Below are positions 1 to 9,521 of a DNA stretch of 64,000 nt, piece after piece. Each line of letters opens with the position of its first letter. The first letter of the stretch is position 1. Source of the DNA: a phage; sequence record PZ386965.1. One strand, written 5' to 3'. The position numbers and the translations under genes were made by a program. Below the pieces are notes generated by a model, which searched no databases, was not told where the DNA came from, and was given only the letters and a program-made list of their open reading frames with translations.

Positions 1-7
1 GTATTCC

Positions 8-640
8 TCACAGTACGTTAGTTACAAGGGTAATGATTTCTTTAGACACATTAGGGAAGTCAATGTAAGTATATTTACCACCGATCTTAATCTTAACATC
101 ATTTTCAAGAGAAGTAAACAGCTTTGATTCAGTTTCTGACATGTTGTATGCAAAGATTCTAAGAGCGCCATCTCGTCGAATTTCAATTTGGCGAATGCCT
201 AGAACTCGTTTAGCGAATCGAACTTCTAAGTTACTACGGTTTTCACCAATTTCTTTAACTTCAACTTTATCTTTAATATTTTCAAAAACAAAGTTTGCTA
301 ATTCATGCATTTCAGGAGTAACTCCACGTGCTTTTCTGGTGTTACGTTTCTGAAGAAGTTCTGGAGCATTTTCTTGGGCAAAGAGGTCTGCAGCTTTTTG
401 GATAATATCCATTGCTTCGCCTGTTGCTACAAGTCCATCACCGGATTTTTCGACTAAACCTTTCTTAATCAATACACCAATGTTAGAGTTAACAACTGAT
501 GCACTGTATTCTGCTTCCAGAGCTTCACGGACATTGGCAGCAGTGGTGAAGTTGTTCTTAATGATATAAACCATTATTGCAGCAGTTTTTTCATTCAGAG
601 CGTTTTCAGAAGCTTTGATGATGTAAGTAACTTTAGACAT
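8..640 (-). CDS. motA: MotA, middle-transcription activator
   Basis: 210 aa; N-terminus MSKVTYIIKAS and length match T4 MotA; SD GGAG upstream. Confidence 0.9.
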   Translation of the reverse strand: MSKVTYIIKASENALNEKTAAIMVYIIKNNFTTAANVREALEAEYSASVVNSNIGVLIKKGLVEKSGDGLVATGEAMDIIQKAADLFAQENAPELLQKRNTRKARGVTPEMHELANFVFENIKDKVEVKEIGENRSNLEVRFAKRVLGIRQIEIRRDGALRIFAYNMSETESKLFTSLENDVKIKIGGKYTYIDFPNVSKEIITLVTNVL

Positions 641-706
641 TTTATTTCTCCAAATTAGTATTTGTTTTGATAGGTCTATAATATCATGTTTGAAGCAAAA
701 GTAAAC
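625..706 (-). repeat. promoter/5'UTR/start cassette, copy 1 (motA)
   Basis: about 80 bp about 90 percent identical to 945..1028. Confidence 0.7.
678..706 (-). promoter_or_regulatory. early-type sigma70-like promoter for motA
   Basis: minus-sense GTTTAC - 17 nt - TATTAT then conserved AGACCTATCAA. Confidence 0.6.
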
Positions 707-743
707 TTTATTTTGGGCTCTTTTTCAAAAGCCCTGGTAAAAT

Positions 744-959
744 TTACAAACTCATTTCTTTAATAAGGCTAATAAGTTTTGCCTTTTTAGAACGAAGCTT
801 TTCTAAATGATGTCCATTTGAACCGCGAACCACTAAAGAATTGATTTCAACTTCTAAGAAATTTAATTCTTCAACAAGTGCTTTACGAGGAGCATTCATA
901 CCAGGTTTAACTTTACCGAAACGAGTAGTTGTGTTTTGGGTTAATTTCATTTTAGACAT
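744..959 (-). CDS. hypothetical protein, 71 aa
   Basis: ORF with same promoter/UTR/MSK start cassette as motA. Confidence 0.5.
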   Translation of the reverse strand: MSKMKLTQNTTTRFGKVKPGMNAPRKALVEELNFLEVEINSLVVRGSNGHHLEKLRSKKAKLISLIKEMSL

Positions 960-1028
960 TTTATTTCTCCAATTTGGTTGTTTTGTTTTGATAGGTCTAT
1001 AATATCACGTTTGAAGCACATGTAAACT
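945..1028 (-). repeat. promoter/5'UTR/start cassette, copy 2
   Basis: near-identical to 625..706, including RBS and ATGTCTAAA start. Confidence 0.7.
999..1027 (-). promoter_or_regulatory. early-type promoter for 71-aa gene (duplicate of motA promoter)
   Basis: GTTTAC - 17 nt - TATTAT; near-identical to motA promoter/UTR. Confidence 0.6.
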
Positions 1029-1038
1029 GTTTTGTGAG

Positions 1039-1070
1039 AAAAAAAAGCACAAAAGGGAGCCGAAGCTCCC
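1039..1070 (-). terminator. intrinsic terminator after gene 52
   Basis: GGGAGC-ttcg-GCTCCC hairpin followed by T-run in minus sense. Confidence 0.65.
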
Positions 1071-1146
1071 TAATCATGTTTGTCCAACCAATACAGCCAA
1101 ATCACTAGTGCAGCTATTGCACCGAGAAATCCTAAGGCTAGGGCAC

Positions 1147-2472
1147 TCAAAGTGCCTCCAAGTCTTTAGTGTACTCTGTCACAACATCAGTAGACTTCCA
1201 ATACTCATTTTCTTCTTTCTTAGCTTTAGCTTCTTCTGCTAGTTTACGTGCTTCGTCGGAAGTGATATGGAAGATGTTAAGACCCACCAGTTTATCGACA
1301 TGTTCTTTGTACATTTCGATTTGTGCTAGCTCTTCAGTCAAAGCTTTACGAGTCTTGCCCTGAATCACGATTTCACCGTTGATAACTTTTTTGATGAAGT
1401 GTGCCTTAGCAAAAGCCAGTTTAAATGCTTTTTCAGATTCAAGGATTTTGTTGTCAATACGTTTCTGAACGTAAGTCTTACGGACTTCAACAAAATCTTT
1501 GATTAAGTCCACTACGTTATCGTAGACTGCTAATTTACCCTTTTCATTAATCACTGTGATGTTTTGTGAACGACGTTCGATGAGACTAAAATCTTTCATG
1601 ATTTTTTCATGACGTAGCTCTTCATCATCAGGAAGCGAGTACTCTTTACGGAACTTCACCTTAAACCCAAAGCCGTGTTCACCACAATCATCTTCCCATG
1701 AGATTAGACCTTTGTCTTCCAACGGGTCAAGAACCTTACTCACATACGTTTCACGGTCGAATTTATACGGGATTTCAGTTATCTGCATTTGAGTGCGAGA
1801 TGTGAACTTATATGTTCCGTGAATCTCATAACGCCCATCAACTTCATGTACTTCACCATGGAATTCCGGGAATTCAACTTTTGGCTTAGTGACATTTTTA
1901 CCTTGAAGAGCTTGTAATACAGCCTTTTTTACCGATTTAAAACTATGAGGCAGAATACTTGTTGCGTAACCGGTTGCAATACCAGATACACCATTCAAAA
2001 GAACTGTCGGAATAATAGGAAGATAGAATTTTGGTGGAACGTGTTCTTTATCTTCATGAGCTGGAGCATATTCAGTATCTTTATATACGTTATAGAAATT
2101 TTTACTTACACGAGCAAAAATATAACGAGATGCTGCAGCTTTTTGGACTGTTCGAGAACCAAAGTTGCCTTGACCATCTAATAGTGGATAGTTGTTATTC
2201 CATGTGTTAGCCATCAATGCACCTGCATCTTGTGCAGAAGATTCACCATGGTGATAACCTAAATCTGCAACACCGCCTGCAATTGACGCAAGTTTATGAA
2301 ATTTTTCTTTATTACCACGAGCCAAATCTAACGCACGATGGACCACAAAACGTTGAACCGGCTTAAATCCATCAATCATGTTTGGGATTGCACGGTTTTC
2401 AACGGTGTACATCGCATATGCTAAGGCTTCGTTATCAATAATACTTTTTAGATTACGAGAATTCAATTGCAT
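1147..2472 (-). CDS. 52: DNA topoisomerase II medium subunit (GyrA-like)
   Basis: 441 aa, T4 gp52 size and synteny next to motA. Confidence 0.9.
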   Translation of the reverse strand: MQLNSRNLKSIIDNEALAYAMYTVENRAIPNMIDGFKPVQRFVVHRALDLARGNKEKFHKLASIAGGVADLGYHHGESSAQDAGALMANTWNNNYPLLDGQGNFGSRTVQKAAASRYIFARVSKNFYNVYKDTEYAPAHEDKEHVPPKFYLPIIPTVLLNGVSGIATGYATSILPHSFKSVKKAVLQALQGKNVTKPKVEFPEFHGEVHEVDGRYEIHGTYKFTSRTQMQITEIPYKFDRETYVSKVLDPLEDKGLISWEDDCGEHGFGFKVKFRKEYSLPDDEELRHEKIMKDFSLIERRSQNITVINEKGKLAVYDNVVDLIKDFVEVRKTYVQKRIDNKILESEKAFKLAFAKAHFIKKVINGEIVIQGKTRKALTEELAQIEMYKEHVDKLVGLNIFHITSDEARKLAEEAKAKKEENEYWKSTDVVTEYTKDLEAL

Positions 2473-2476
2473 ATTT

Positions 2477-2617
2477 TCACCATATTAATGAACGAATATC
2501 CATTATAACATCTGAAATGAAAAGCACTACTTGGATTAGTCCAAACATCACACCATAGTACAGAACCGTAAGCAACAACAAGAGCCCGAAGGCTCCTGCT
2601 AAGATTTTCTTAATCAT
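2477..2617 (-). CDS. small hydrophobic membrane protein, 46 aa
   Basis: ATG overlaps stop of upstream small ORF (TAATG); hydrophobic; below ORF-track cutoff. Confidence 0.35.
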   Translation of the reverse strand: MIKKILAGAFGLLLLLTVLYYGVMFGLIQVVLFISDVIMDIRSLIW

Positions 2618-2763
2618 TACTCGCCTTTTAACACGTTAAAAAGAGCTAAGACCGCTAAGGTGCCTTGTGATACGGCCTGTTGAAATACTGTTGTTTCGCC
2701 TGTAACTAAAGTGTTAACGAATAAAAACGACCAACACAACAATGCAATAATCCATGATACCAT
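2617..2763 (-). CDS. small membrane protein, 48 aa (ac-like by position)
   Basis: strong SD GAGGT; hydrophobic; sits where T4 ac/stp lie between 52 and ndd. Confidence 0.4.
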   Translation of the reverse strand: MVSWIIALLCWSFLFVNTLVTGETTVFQQAVSQGTLAVLALFNVLKGE

Positions 2764-2815
2764 TTTAATTACCTCAAAAATAAATTAAAGGCCTAACTTA
2801 ATAGGCCTGTATAAA

Positions 2816-3262
2816 TTAGTAACTCTGCAGAATGAATTTGAAATTATCGGCCAGAAGACGGTTCATTTCAGTGAGTGTTTGATATTCTGATGTATGGTTG
2901 CGAGTGAATGCCAGAGCCAATTGACCTTTACCATAACCAGTGGTCAGTGGTTTCATGTTCTTGGCTGAAACAAAGATTACGTCATATTCAATATTATTAG
3001 TACCCATGGTACGGGCTAGTTGCGAACGGCCTTGACGAATGTGAGAAAGAATTGCATCCAACCCTTGTTTAGAACGTTGACGTCCTACAAAGAATCGTGC
3101 TGCTACTTGTCGCCAATCAGATGAACCTTTAACAAAGAAGTAAAAACCTTCACGAGAACGAAACTCTTTAGAAACTTCAGAACCGTATTCGCCGTTACGA
3201 ACCACTGCAACAACTTCACCGCCAACTGCCAGAAGGTCTTTACGAGTTAAATATTTGGACAT
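2816..3262 (-). CDS. ndd: Ndd nucleoid disruption protein
   Basis: 148 aa; conserved [14 protein letters not shown]...[20 protein letters not shown] motifs as in T4 Ndd. Confidence 0.85.
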   Translation of the reverse strand: MSKYLTRKDLLAVGGEVVAVVRNGEYGSEVSKEFRSREGFYFFVKGSSDWRQVAARFFVGRQRSKQGLDAILSHIRQGRSQLARTMGTNNIEYDVIFVSAKNMKPLTTGYGKGQLALAFTRNHTSEYQTLTEMNRLLADNFKFILQSY

Positions 3263-3307
3263 GCTAATTTCCTCAATTGATTAATGTTTTTTGTAATCCA
3301 TGAGAGC

Positions 3308-3337
3308 ATTATACTCTGCTCTCAAGAGTTTGTACAA
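3308..3337 (-). promoter_or_regulatory. promoter for ndd with -10 flanked by inverted repeat
   Basis: minus-sense TTGTAC...GAGAGCA GAG TATAAT GCTCTC. Confidence 0.5.
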
Positions 3338-3339
3338 TT

Positions 3340-3540
3340 TTATTCGGCTATATCAGAACGTTCAAAAAGCTCTTCAACAGTTAAACATTCAGTGTCATCT
3401 TCAATAAAGAATCGAGTCCAACACGTTGGGGCGATACAGTTATGAGTTTGTCCGGCGATAGAAGCTACACGAATAAGCTGCTGACCATTATTCAGAACAA
3501 ATTTTTCACCAATTTCAACATCTTTAAAAAGCTTAGCCAT
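3340..3540 (-). CDS. hypothetical protein, 66 aa
   Basis: ORF in ndd-denB interval. Confidence 0.45.
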   Translation of the reverse strand: MAKLFKDVEIGEKFVLNNGQQLIRVASIAGQTHNCIAPTCWTRFFIEDDTECLTVEELFERSDIAE

Positions 3541-3600
3541 TTTGTGTTCCTCATGTTTCAGTAGGACTACTATACCATAATCCTACCTTGTTGTAAACAA

Positions 3601-3711
3601 TTAAATTACATTAAAATATGTTAAAGCCAACCATGTTCCAGTGAACGAACATGCGATGTAAAACCACGCATCACAAATTGTTCTTAGTACAATAAGAAGT
3701 GCATTTTTCAT
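3601..3711 (-). CDS. tiny membrane protein, 36 aa
   Basis: SD GAGGT 6 nt upstream of ATG; hydrophobic. Confidence 0.25.
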   Translation of the reverse strand: MKNALLIVLRTICDAWFYIACSFTGTWLALTYFNVI

Positions 3712-3790
3712 AAGTACCTCAACACAATTGAAAATATTATACAAATCATTGGGATACTAAGCAACCATATTCCTATCCACATTTTAGAGC

Positions 3791-4054
3791 TCATATCTCA
3801 ACTTCCGCAAGTTCCATATATCCTTTGTTGATAACCTCTTTAAGGTCTTTAGAAAGAATAACATTAAAATGGTCGTTCATATGCCCGTTAACCAGACGAG
3901 TTATTTCGGCTTCAGATGACATATAAGGCACGTCCGAGTCCCAATGAGATAGACCTAAATGAGTATAAATCATCCCTTCGTCATCTGCGGTGTTGTACAT
4001 TGAAACAAACTCACCAGTCACTTTATGTTTTGCGTAGAAAAATTTAAATTTCAT
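3791..4054 (-). CDS. hypothetical protein, 87 aa
   Basis: ORF with upstream early-type promoter. Confidence 0.5.
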   Translation of the reverse strand: MKFKFFYAKHKVTGEFVSMYNTADDEGMIYTHLGLSHWDSDVPYMSSEAEITRLVNGHMNDHFNVILSKDLKEVINKGYMELAEVEI

Positions 4055-4122
4055 GATGTTATCCTCTTTTAGATAGGACTACTATATCATAGTCCTACTT
4101 AGTTGTAAACACTTTTATGAAA

Positions 4123-4680
4123 TTAAAGATGAAGATACCAGCCGTTGTAGTTGCTCTTGCGGACGATTTTCTTTAGGTCTTCATGGTCTCCCACGAACTT
4201 TATAGAATAAGAGAAGACGTCAGGTGAGGTTTCTTTGACATTCAATATAATAATACAGTCAGCGACTCGATGATTAAGGAAGGGCCCTATGTTGATTCCG
4301 TTGCCGCCTGGATAATCACCACTGTATCCTGTGGTAACAGAAATCCATTTAGAATCCATCTGATGTGTCTTGACTTCTACACGAATTCCACAATATTTGG
4401 GATGGGCCAACACGTCCCATGCATACGTGTATGGGTCTTCTACATCTTCAATACCTTTATTAACATATCCGTCTAGCCAATTTGCTACTACATACTCTGC
4501 AAAGACTGCAACCTTACAACGTCGAACTACATCTTCTTTGTTTTGGTCTGGATTTTGGCTCAACGAATATCGAGCAGTGTCAGCAATCTTCACCTTCATT
4601 TCACTAGTCAAAAACTCATTCGACAGAATAAATGTCGGAAGACTCTTCAGTCTCAACAATCCCAAGTTCGTCTTTACCAT
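4123..4680 (-). CDS. denB: possible endonuclease IV (DenB-like)
   Basis: internal Met gives 185 aa, the T4 DenB length; position between ndd and rIIB; no motif verified. Confidence 0.4.
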   Translation of the reverse strand: MVKTNLGLLRLKSLPTFILSNEFLTSEMKVKIADTARYSLSQNPDQNKEDVVRRCKVAVFAEYVVANWLDGYVNKGIEDVEDPYTYAWDVLAHPKYCGIRVEVKTHQMDSKWISVTTGYSGDYPGGNGINIGPFLNHRVADCIIILNVKETSPDVFSYSIKFVGDHEDLKKIVRKSNYNGWYLHL

Positions 4681-4903
4681 AGATACCTCTGATGTGTAGT
4701 TCGCCAAAATAAATGCGGTCACCTTCTTCAAGATATTCAGCATCTACAGGTGGAATTTCATTAACAACTTCGTCGCATTCTAACCAGCCATAGTGTGCAT
4801 CACCTGGGTGTTTTACCAATTTAGCACAATAAACCGATTTACACTTATGATGACCACGAAGATTAGCAATTTTGGATTCTGATACGTCAAATGGATGAAT
4901 CAT
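4616..4903 (-). CDS. hypothetical protein, 95 aa
   Basis: ORF overlapping start region of denB-like gene; start uncertain. Confidence 0.3.
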   Translation of the reverse strand: MIHPFDVSESKIANLRGHHKCKSVYCAKLVKHPGDAHYGWLECDEVVNEIPPVDAEYLEEGDRIYFGELHIRGIYGKDELGIVETEESSDIYSVE

Positions 4904-4912
4904 AATTACCCC

Positions 4913-4939
4913 TAAAGAAAAAAGGGGACCGAAGTCCCC
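4913..4939 (-). terminator. intrinsic terminator after rIIB
   Basis: GGGGAC-ttcg-GTCCCC hairpin plus TTTTTTCTTT. Confidence 0.65.
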
Positions 4940-4944
4940 AATTA

Positions 4945-5892
4945 TTATTCTGCAAATAATTCAGTAACGTCTGAAATTACTTCATAACGACAAGTACGCA
5001 TCTTAGCATCACCATAGTCAACCGGGATGGATACAACATCACGTGGATGAACTTTAACCTTAACAACTTTATCTGAGCTTGAACCAAAGTGGCGAATATA
5101 AGATTTAGCACAAACGTGGAGACCGCGAGAACAGGTTTGAGTATCATCGTCGTTAACTCGAGTACGAGGCATTGAAACAACTTTACCTGGGGAGTTATCA
5201 AATGTGCCACTATAGCAGTCTAAATAGTCCTTACGAACTACTTTCCACGCATAGAAATACCCATCTTCAGTGATTTCAATATCATTTGCAACCAAGAAGT
5301 CGAATAAACGTTGTACAGCTTTTTCGCTTGGGTTTTCTAACAGGTTTTCAAGGAACGGCAGATAGAATTTAAAGTCTTCGCCTTTTTCCATGGAATCAAT
5401 AATACGATTAACCAGGCCAGAACGAATCTCTATACCTTGATAAAATAAACTACCACCTTCAATAACAACATTACCGTCAACAAACTTACTAATAGCTTTC
5501 TTGATGTTAATAAGTTCGACAGCTTTACTAAGGTTTCCTGCGACCAGATTAGCTTTAATTTCTTCAAAATTTGCATGACTTGATGGGGTCGCATTGTATG
5601 CTACGCGTCCTTCAATAATTGAAATAAATTTAGATGACGCGTTCCATACGATTTCAGGACGATGTCCGCCGATAATAGGTTCATCATTTTCTGGAACTTC
5701 TTCGATTACATAAGAGGCATCGTTTGCTTCAGGGACAACGCCTTCTGCTTTAAAATTCTTAACAATCTTACGAAGAGTATCTGTTGAAATGTCGAAGTAA
5801 TCGGCAATTTCTTTACGAGTCCATTTGCCTGATTCAACCAGGCCGTAAGCTTCTAACTGTTCTTCTTGGGACAAGCATTTGATATTGTACAT
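4945..5892 (-). CDS. rIIB: rIIB membrane-associated protein
   Basis: 315 aa; MYNIKCL start and C-terminal EDGYFYAWKVVR...SRGLHVC block as in T4 rIIB. Confidence 0.9.
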   Translation of the reverse strand: MYNIKCLSQEEQLEAYGLVESGKWTRKEIADYFDISTDTLRKIVKNFKAEGVVPEANDASYVIEEVPENDEPIIGGHRPEIVWNASSKFISIIEGRVAYNATPSSHANFEEIKANLVAGNLSKAVELINIKKAISKFVDGNVVIEGGSLFYQGIEIRSGLVNRIIDSMEKGEDFKFYLPFLENLLENPSEKAVQRLFDFLVANDIEITEDGYFYAWKVVRKDYLDCYSGTFDNSPGKVVSMPRTRVNDDDTQTCSRGLHVCAKSYIRHFGSSSDKVVKVKVHPRDVVSIPVDYGDAKMRTCRYEVISDVTELFAE

Positions 5893-5901
5893 AATGTTTC
5901 C

Positions 5902-8115
5902 TTATTTGGCCGCTTCCACGGCCTTCATGAATTTAACGATTTGAGCGACCTGTTCTTTGGAAAGAGTACCACGTCGTCCCATGTATTCTGACACAATATG
6001 ATAATTGGTTTCGAATTCAATAACCATTTTATCATCATTATCGTAAGCATTATCTTTAAGCTTATTGAAAATTTTAGCACACAGTTCTAACTTCTTATTC
6101 AGGTCTGTATTAGTAGCACCTGCGAATCGATTCCATCCCCAACGATTATTTACTGTTGAGAGTTTTGCAAAGTCTTTACTGATTTCTTTGTTCTTAGAGC
6201 TAAAATACTTACTAAGGAAGTTAAGCTCTTCATTACGAGTAATATGATTCAAATAAGGCTGTGCTCTACGACTTGGTGATACATACTCATCATAATCCAC
6301 TTTATCGATTAGCGTAATATAGTCATTAATTGATTTTTCGAACAAACATTCTACTTCACCAAGTTTACGAACTTTCTTAGCAATCTGTGGACGAACTACA
6401 GTGAACTCTTTAATACCTGACAAATCAGCAATACGGGTCAAGAAATTGGAGTCATAGTTCAACCAACCTTTATCTGCGTCAAGACATTCAGCATTAGAAC
6501 GATTACGAACTATAGCATAACCTTGGATTTCATCTGCTTCACTTGCCGGAATAAAGAGGTCTTCTGATACCCAAACATCGTTTTCATTCTTAAAGAATCG
6601 ATGAGCACTTGGCGATTTAGGACGAGGCTCATTAGTCCGTTTCCTGACTTCAATCCATGGCTTAACGATTTGTAAAAGCTCTGAAGTCTTGTACATGTTA
6701 ATGTTGTCGCCATCAAAGATAACTTTAAGGCGTTCCAGAAGTTTCATTGCATCTTCGTCTGTAGGGTCAACGAATAGTACGCTTTTACCAAAACCTCGTG
6801 GAACTTTACCAGTTAATTTAACCTCGTCTTTAGACATTTCAATTGAATTAAGAGCTCGCATTAATGGAACGCGTCCCTTAACGTCGTCAATAACAATTTC
6901 AACGTTTTTAATGTTAATGCCAATCAGACTGTTAATTGAAATGGTTGCCGTTGAGCTACCACTTTCACGAATACGACGAAGACGAGGGGATTCAACGATA
7001 TCATATACGACGCCAAGATTACACCACTCAGGCCCCATTTTAAAACGTTTGTACAACTCAGAATAAGTTAGTTGTTCTTTAGAGTATTTCAGTGATTCAA
7101 TATTAGACCCAGCCTTTTCCATGTATTTACGAGCGGTATATCCAAGAGAATCAATTTCACGGAACACATGACGTGGGTATTTACAATCAATCCATTTCTT
7201 AGAATCTTCAGCGAACAATTTAGCATCGATTTCTGCAACGCGTTTATGGATATTTGCTACTGTACGTTTATCAAATGACAATGCTTCACGAGACGGAGCT
7301 ACATCTAGTTCACCCATAGGGAATTTAATATAAGCTGTAGTGCATCGCGTCATCATCCACGTTTGTTCTTTAATAACACTTCCGATTGGATATACAATAC
7401 CGCCATAAACAGCCATGATATTACCGCGTTCACCCCATGGAGCTTCCTTGGCCAAATATACATCATCAAATTCAGGGAAGTATTTAATATCTTTAACACC
7501 ACGAACTTCTGCAATATCACCTAGAGGACGCATAACATACGCAATTTCGGATGCAAACTTTTCAAAATCTTCCGGGTTAACCGGTACGACTACTTCTACA
7601 CCAGTACGGTCATCAGGACCCATCTTATCTACAAAAGTCGGCTTAATTTGTGGACCCGTGTCATCTTGGTAGATTACGTAACCACGAACTTCACCATTGT
7701 GATAAGACGTAAGGTTAAACGTATCGGTATATGCTAGTGGAGCTTTAGAGCCGAGTCCGAATCCACCAATGAAATCGTTGCTCGATGTTTTAGTTGAAGC
7801 AAAATATGAGTTATAGATTCCTGGCTCTTCGTCATTACCTCGAATGGTGAAATCGCTCATACCAGGACCAAAGTCTCGAACTACAAAGCGTGGGTCTAAA
7901 CGACCTGGAGCCTGAACAATAAACTTATCAGTGCAACCGTTAAGAATTTGTCCATCGATACAGTTTGTAATTAATTCACGTACACAAGCCAATTCTTTGT
8001 TTGTATAAAGGTCATTAGACAAAATCTTATAAACTTTGCTATTGCCTTGAATAGTGAATGCTGTGCTCTTACCGCCTGAACCAATAATCGTTTCTTTAGC
8101 CGTTTCAATAATCAT
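5902..8115 (-). CDS. rIIA: rIIA protein (GHKL-type ATPase domain)
   Basis: 737 aa, directly upstream of rIIB as in T4. Confidence 0.9.
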   Translation of the reverse strand: MIIETAKETIIGSGGKSTAFTIQGNSKVYKILSNDLYTNKELACVRELITNCIDGQILNGCTDKFIVQAPGRLDPRFVVRDFGPGMSDFTIRGNDEEPGIYNSYFASTKTSSNDFIGGFGLGSKAPLAYTDTFNLTSYHNGEVRGYVIYQDDTGPQIKPTFVDKMGPDDRTGVEVVVPVNPEDFEKFASEIAYVMRPLGDIAEVRGVKDIKYFPEFDDVYLAKEAPWGERGNIMAVYGGIVYPIGSVIKEQTWMMTRCTTAYIKFPMGELDVAPSREALSFDKRTVANIHKRVAEIDAKLFAEDSKKWIDCKYPRHVFREIDSLGYTARKYMEKAGSNIESLKYSKEQLTYSELYKRFKMGPEWCNLGVVYDIVESPRLRRIRESGSSTATISINSLIGINIKNVEIVIDDVKGRVPLMRALNSIEMSKDEVKLTGKVPRGFGKSVLFVDPTDEDAMKLLERLKVIFDGDNINMYKTSELLQIVKPWIEVRKRTNEPRPKSPSAHRFFKNENDVWVSEDLFIPASEADEIQGYAIVRNRSNAECLDADKGWLNYDSNFLTRIADLSGIKEFTVVRPQIAKKVRKLGEVECLFEKSINDYITLIDKVDYDEYVSPSRRAQPYLNHITRNEELNFLSKYFSSKNKEISKDFAKLSTVNNRWGWNRFAGATNTDLNKKLELCAKIFNKLKDNAYDNDDKMVIEFETNYHIVSEYMGRRGTLSKEQVAQIVKFMKAVEAAK

Positions 8116-8127
8116 ATTTTTCTCTCA

Positions 8128-8328
8128 TCACAAGTTACGTTTAAAAATTTCTGCTACTTCAAGAAGTTCTTCTTTAGTAGCTGTATCGGTTTGTATTTTA
8201 TATCGAATTTCTTTAAAGCGTTCTTTAAAGGACTCTGCTGATTCGATATCAAAAAATCTTTGGATAAGCCGGAATTCCCGGAGCACTGCTTTATCAAAAA
8301 GTTCCAAGTCCACGTTATATGTTCTCAT
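8128..8328 (-). CDS. rIIA.1-like small protein
   Basis: 66 aa ORF immediately upstream of rIIA. Confidence 0.55.
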   Translation of the reverse strand: MRTYNVDLELFDKAVLREFRLIQRFFDIESAESFKERFKEIRYKIQTDTATKEELLEVAEIFKRNL

Positions 8329-8353
8329 AATATTCTCTTCAGTAGATTCCTAG

Positions 8354-8404
8354 GGCACTATTACTAAAGACCATATAATCTATCATCTTATGTGTAATAG
8401 TGCC
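8354..8404. repeat. perfect 11-bp inverted repeat with 29-nt loop
   Basis: GGCACTATTAC ... GTAATAGTGCC between rIIA.1 and glycosyltransferase gene. Confidence 0.6.
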
Positions 8405-8420
8405 TCAGGCTATTCAGGAT

Positions 8421-9521
8421 TTACGCTGTGAAGATTTTATCCCACATCGCAACAACTGCATCTCGATTATACTTCTTCCATACTGCTTCAGCACGTTTAA
8501 CTCGAGCTTCGTATGTGTCAGTGAATTCTAATACAGCTTTTGTGTAAAGCGCAACTACTTCTTTCTTAGGAGTAGAGGAATCAATTTCTACACGCACAGT
8601 ATCTGGGTCGTATTCAAATGACGCATGAGGATAATCCTTAAAAACTAACTGGATTACAGGGACACCTTTAGAGATGGCTTCAATAGAACTATTCTCTACC
8701 GTACCTGTGTCAGGACACGTATTAATAAGTGCTTTAGCTGTTTTAAGACGTTCCATAATTTCACTGTGTGGAGCATCAATAATAACAGGATATTTAGCTG
8801 GTGGTGCCCATTTACTAGGACAGTATCCTGCACCATTTTCGCCTAGTGCTTTAATCGCTTCAAGAGCAACATCAGTACGACGCATTTTAGTGTCATAACG
8901 TTGTGCACTAATAATCAGATCAGTCGCCGGAAGAACTTCAGGTTTCTCATTCAAACAAATAACCGGATAATCTTCGGCTTCAAACAACGGATTTGCTCGC
9001 CAATAATCATAATCAATTTTGTCAGTCAGACCTGAAGTCATATAACAATATTTACGTTCAAATTCACGGAAGGCTTTAGTAGGAGCATAACTCTTACCAC
9101 CGTTCTTATGAATTTGAATAGTCTGGTCCCAAATTTGAACAATGCCACGAGATACCGGTTCAAATGGTGTTGCCATAAAATTCTTATGAACTTTAGAGAG
9201 ACCTGCGTCTTTAATTGCCTGAACGGTTAGTTTAGTCGGTTCCATAGTAACAACGAAATCGTATTCATGGATGCCGGCTAGTTCAACAATCTTACGAGCC
9301 ATAGTATAACTCATACCTAGACTGAATTTAGTCAGATGACCAACAGGATGATGATTAACCTTCCAATCACCAAATGTGTCATTATCAAAACCAATATAAT
9401 CAATATCGGCACCGATAGAAACTAAATATTTCAACACATTTAAATGTACTGCTTCAAGACCACCTTGTACACGGTCAGGATTAAATGGGACTGCACGAGA
9501 TGGGATAAACATAACTTTCAT
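8421..9521 (-). CDS. putative GT-B fold glycosyltransferase (candidate hmC-DNA pentosyl/arabinosyl transferase)
   Basis: 366 aa; N-terminal MKVMFIPSR...GGLE and C-terminal EAISKGVPVI resemble GT4-like glycosyltransferases; occupies T4 gene 60/mobA slot. Confidence 0.55.
   Translation of the reverse strand: MKVMFIPSRAVPFNPDRVQGGLEAVHLNVLKYLVSIGADIDYIGFDNDTFGDWKVNHHPVGHLTKFSLGMSYTMARKIVELAGIHEYDFVVTMEPTKLTVQAIKDAGLSKVHKNFMATPFEPVSRGIVQIWDQTIQIHKNGGKSYAPTKAFREFERKYCYMTSGLTDKIDYDYWRANPLFEAEDYPVICLNEKPEVLPATDLIISAQRYDTKMRRTDVALEAIKALGENGAGYCPSKWAPPAKYPVIIDAPHSEIMERLKTAKALINTCPDTGTVENSSIEAISKGVPVIQLVFKDYPHASFEYDPDTVRVEIDSSTPKKEVVALYTKAVLEFTDTYEARVKRAEAVWKKYNRDAVVAMWDKIFTA

Noticed and set aside
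141-353. Plus-strand ORFs from the six-frame track that lie inside minus-strand genes (for example 141..353, 6689..7066, 18022..18336, 37713..38153, 44396..44884)
   Set aside because: They are antisense shadows of well-supported genes, low-complexity or Ser/Leu-rich, and have no RBS or promoter.
2586-2601. GAGCC-cgaa-GGCTC hairpin resembling the terminator family
   Set aside because: It lies inside the coding sequence of the small membrane ORF (encoding AGAFGLLLL) and lacks a following T-tract.
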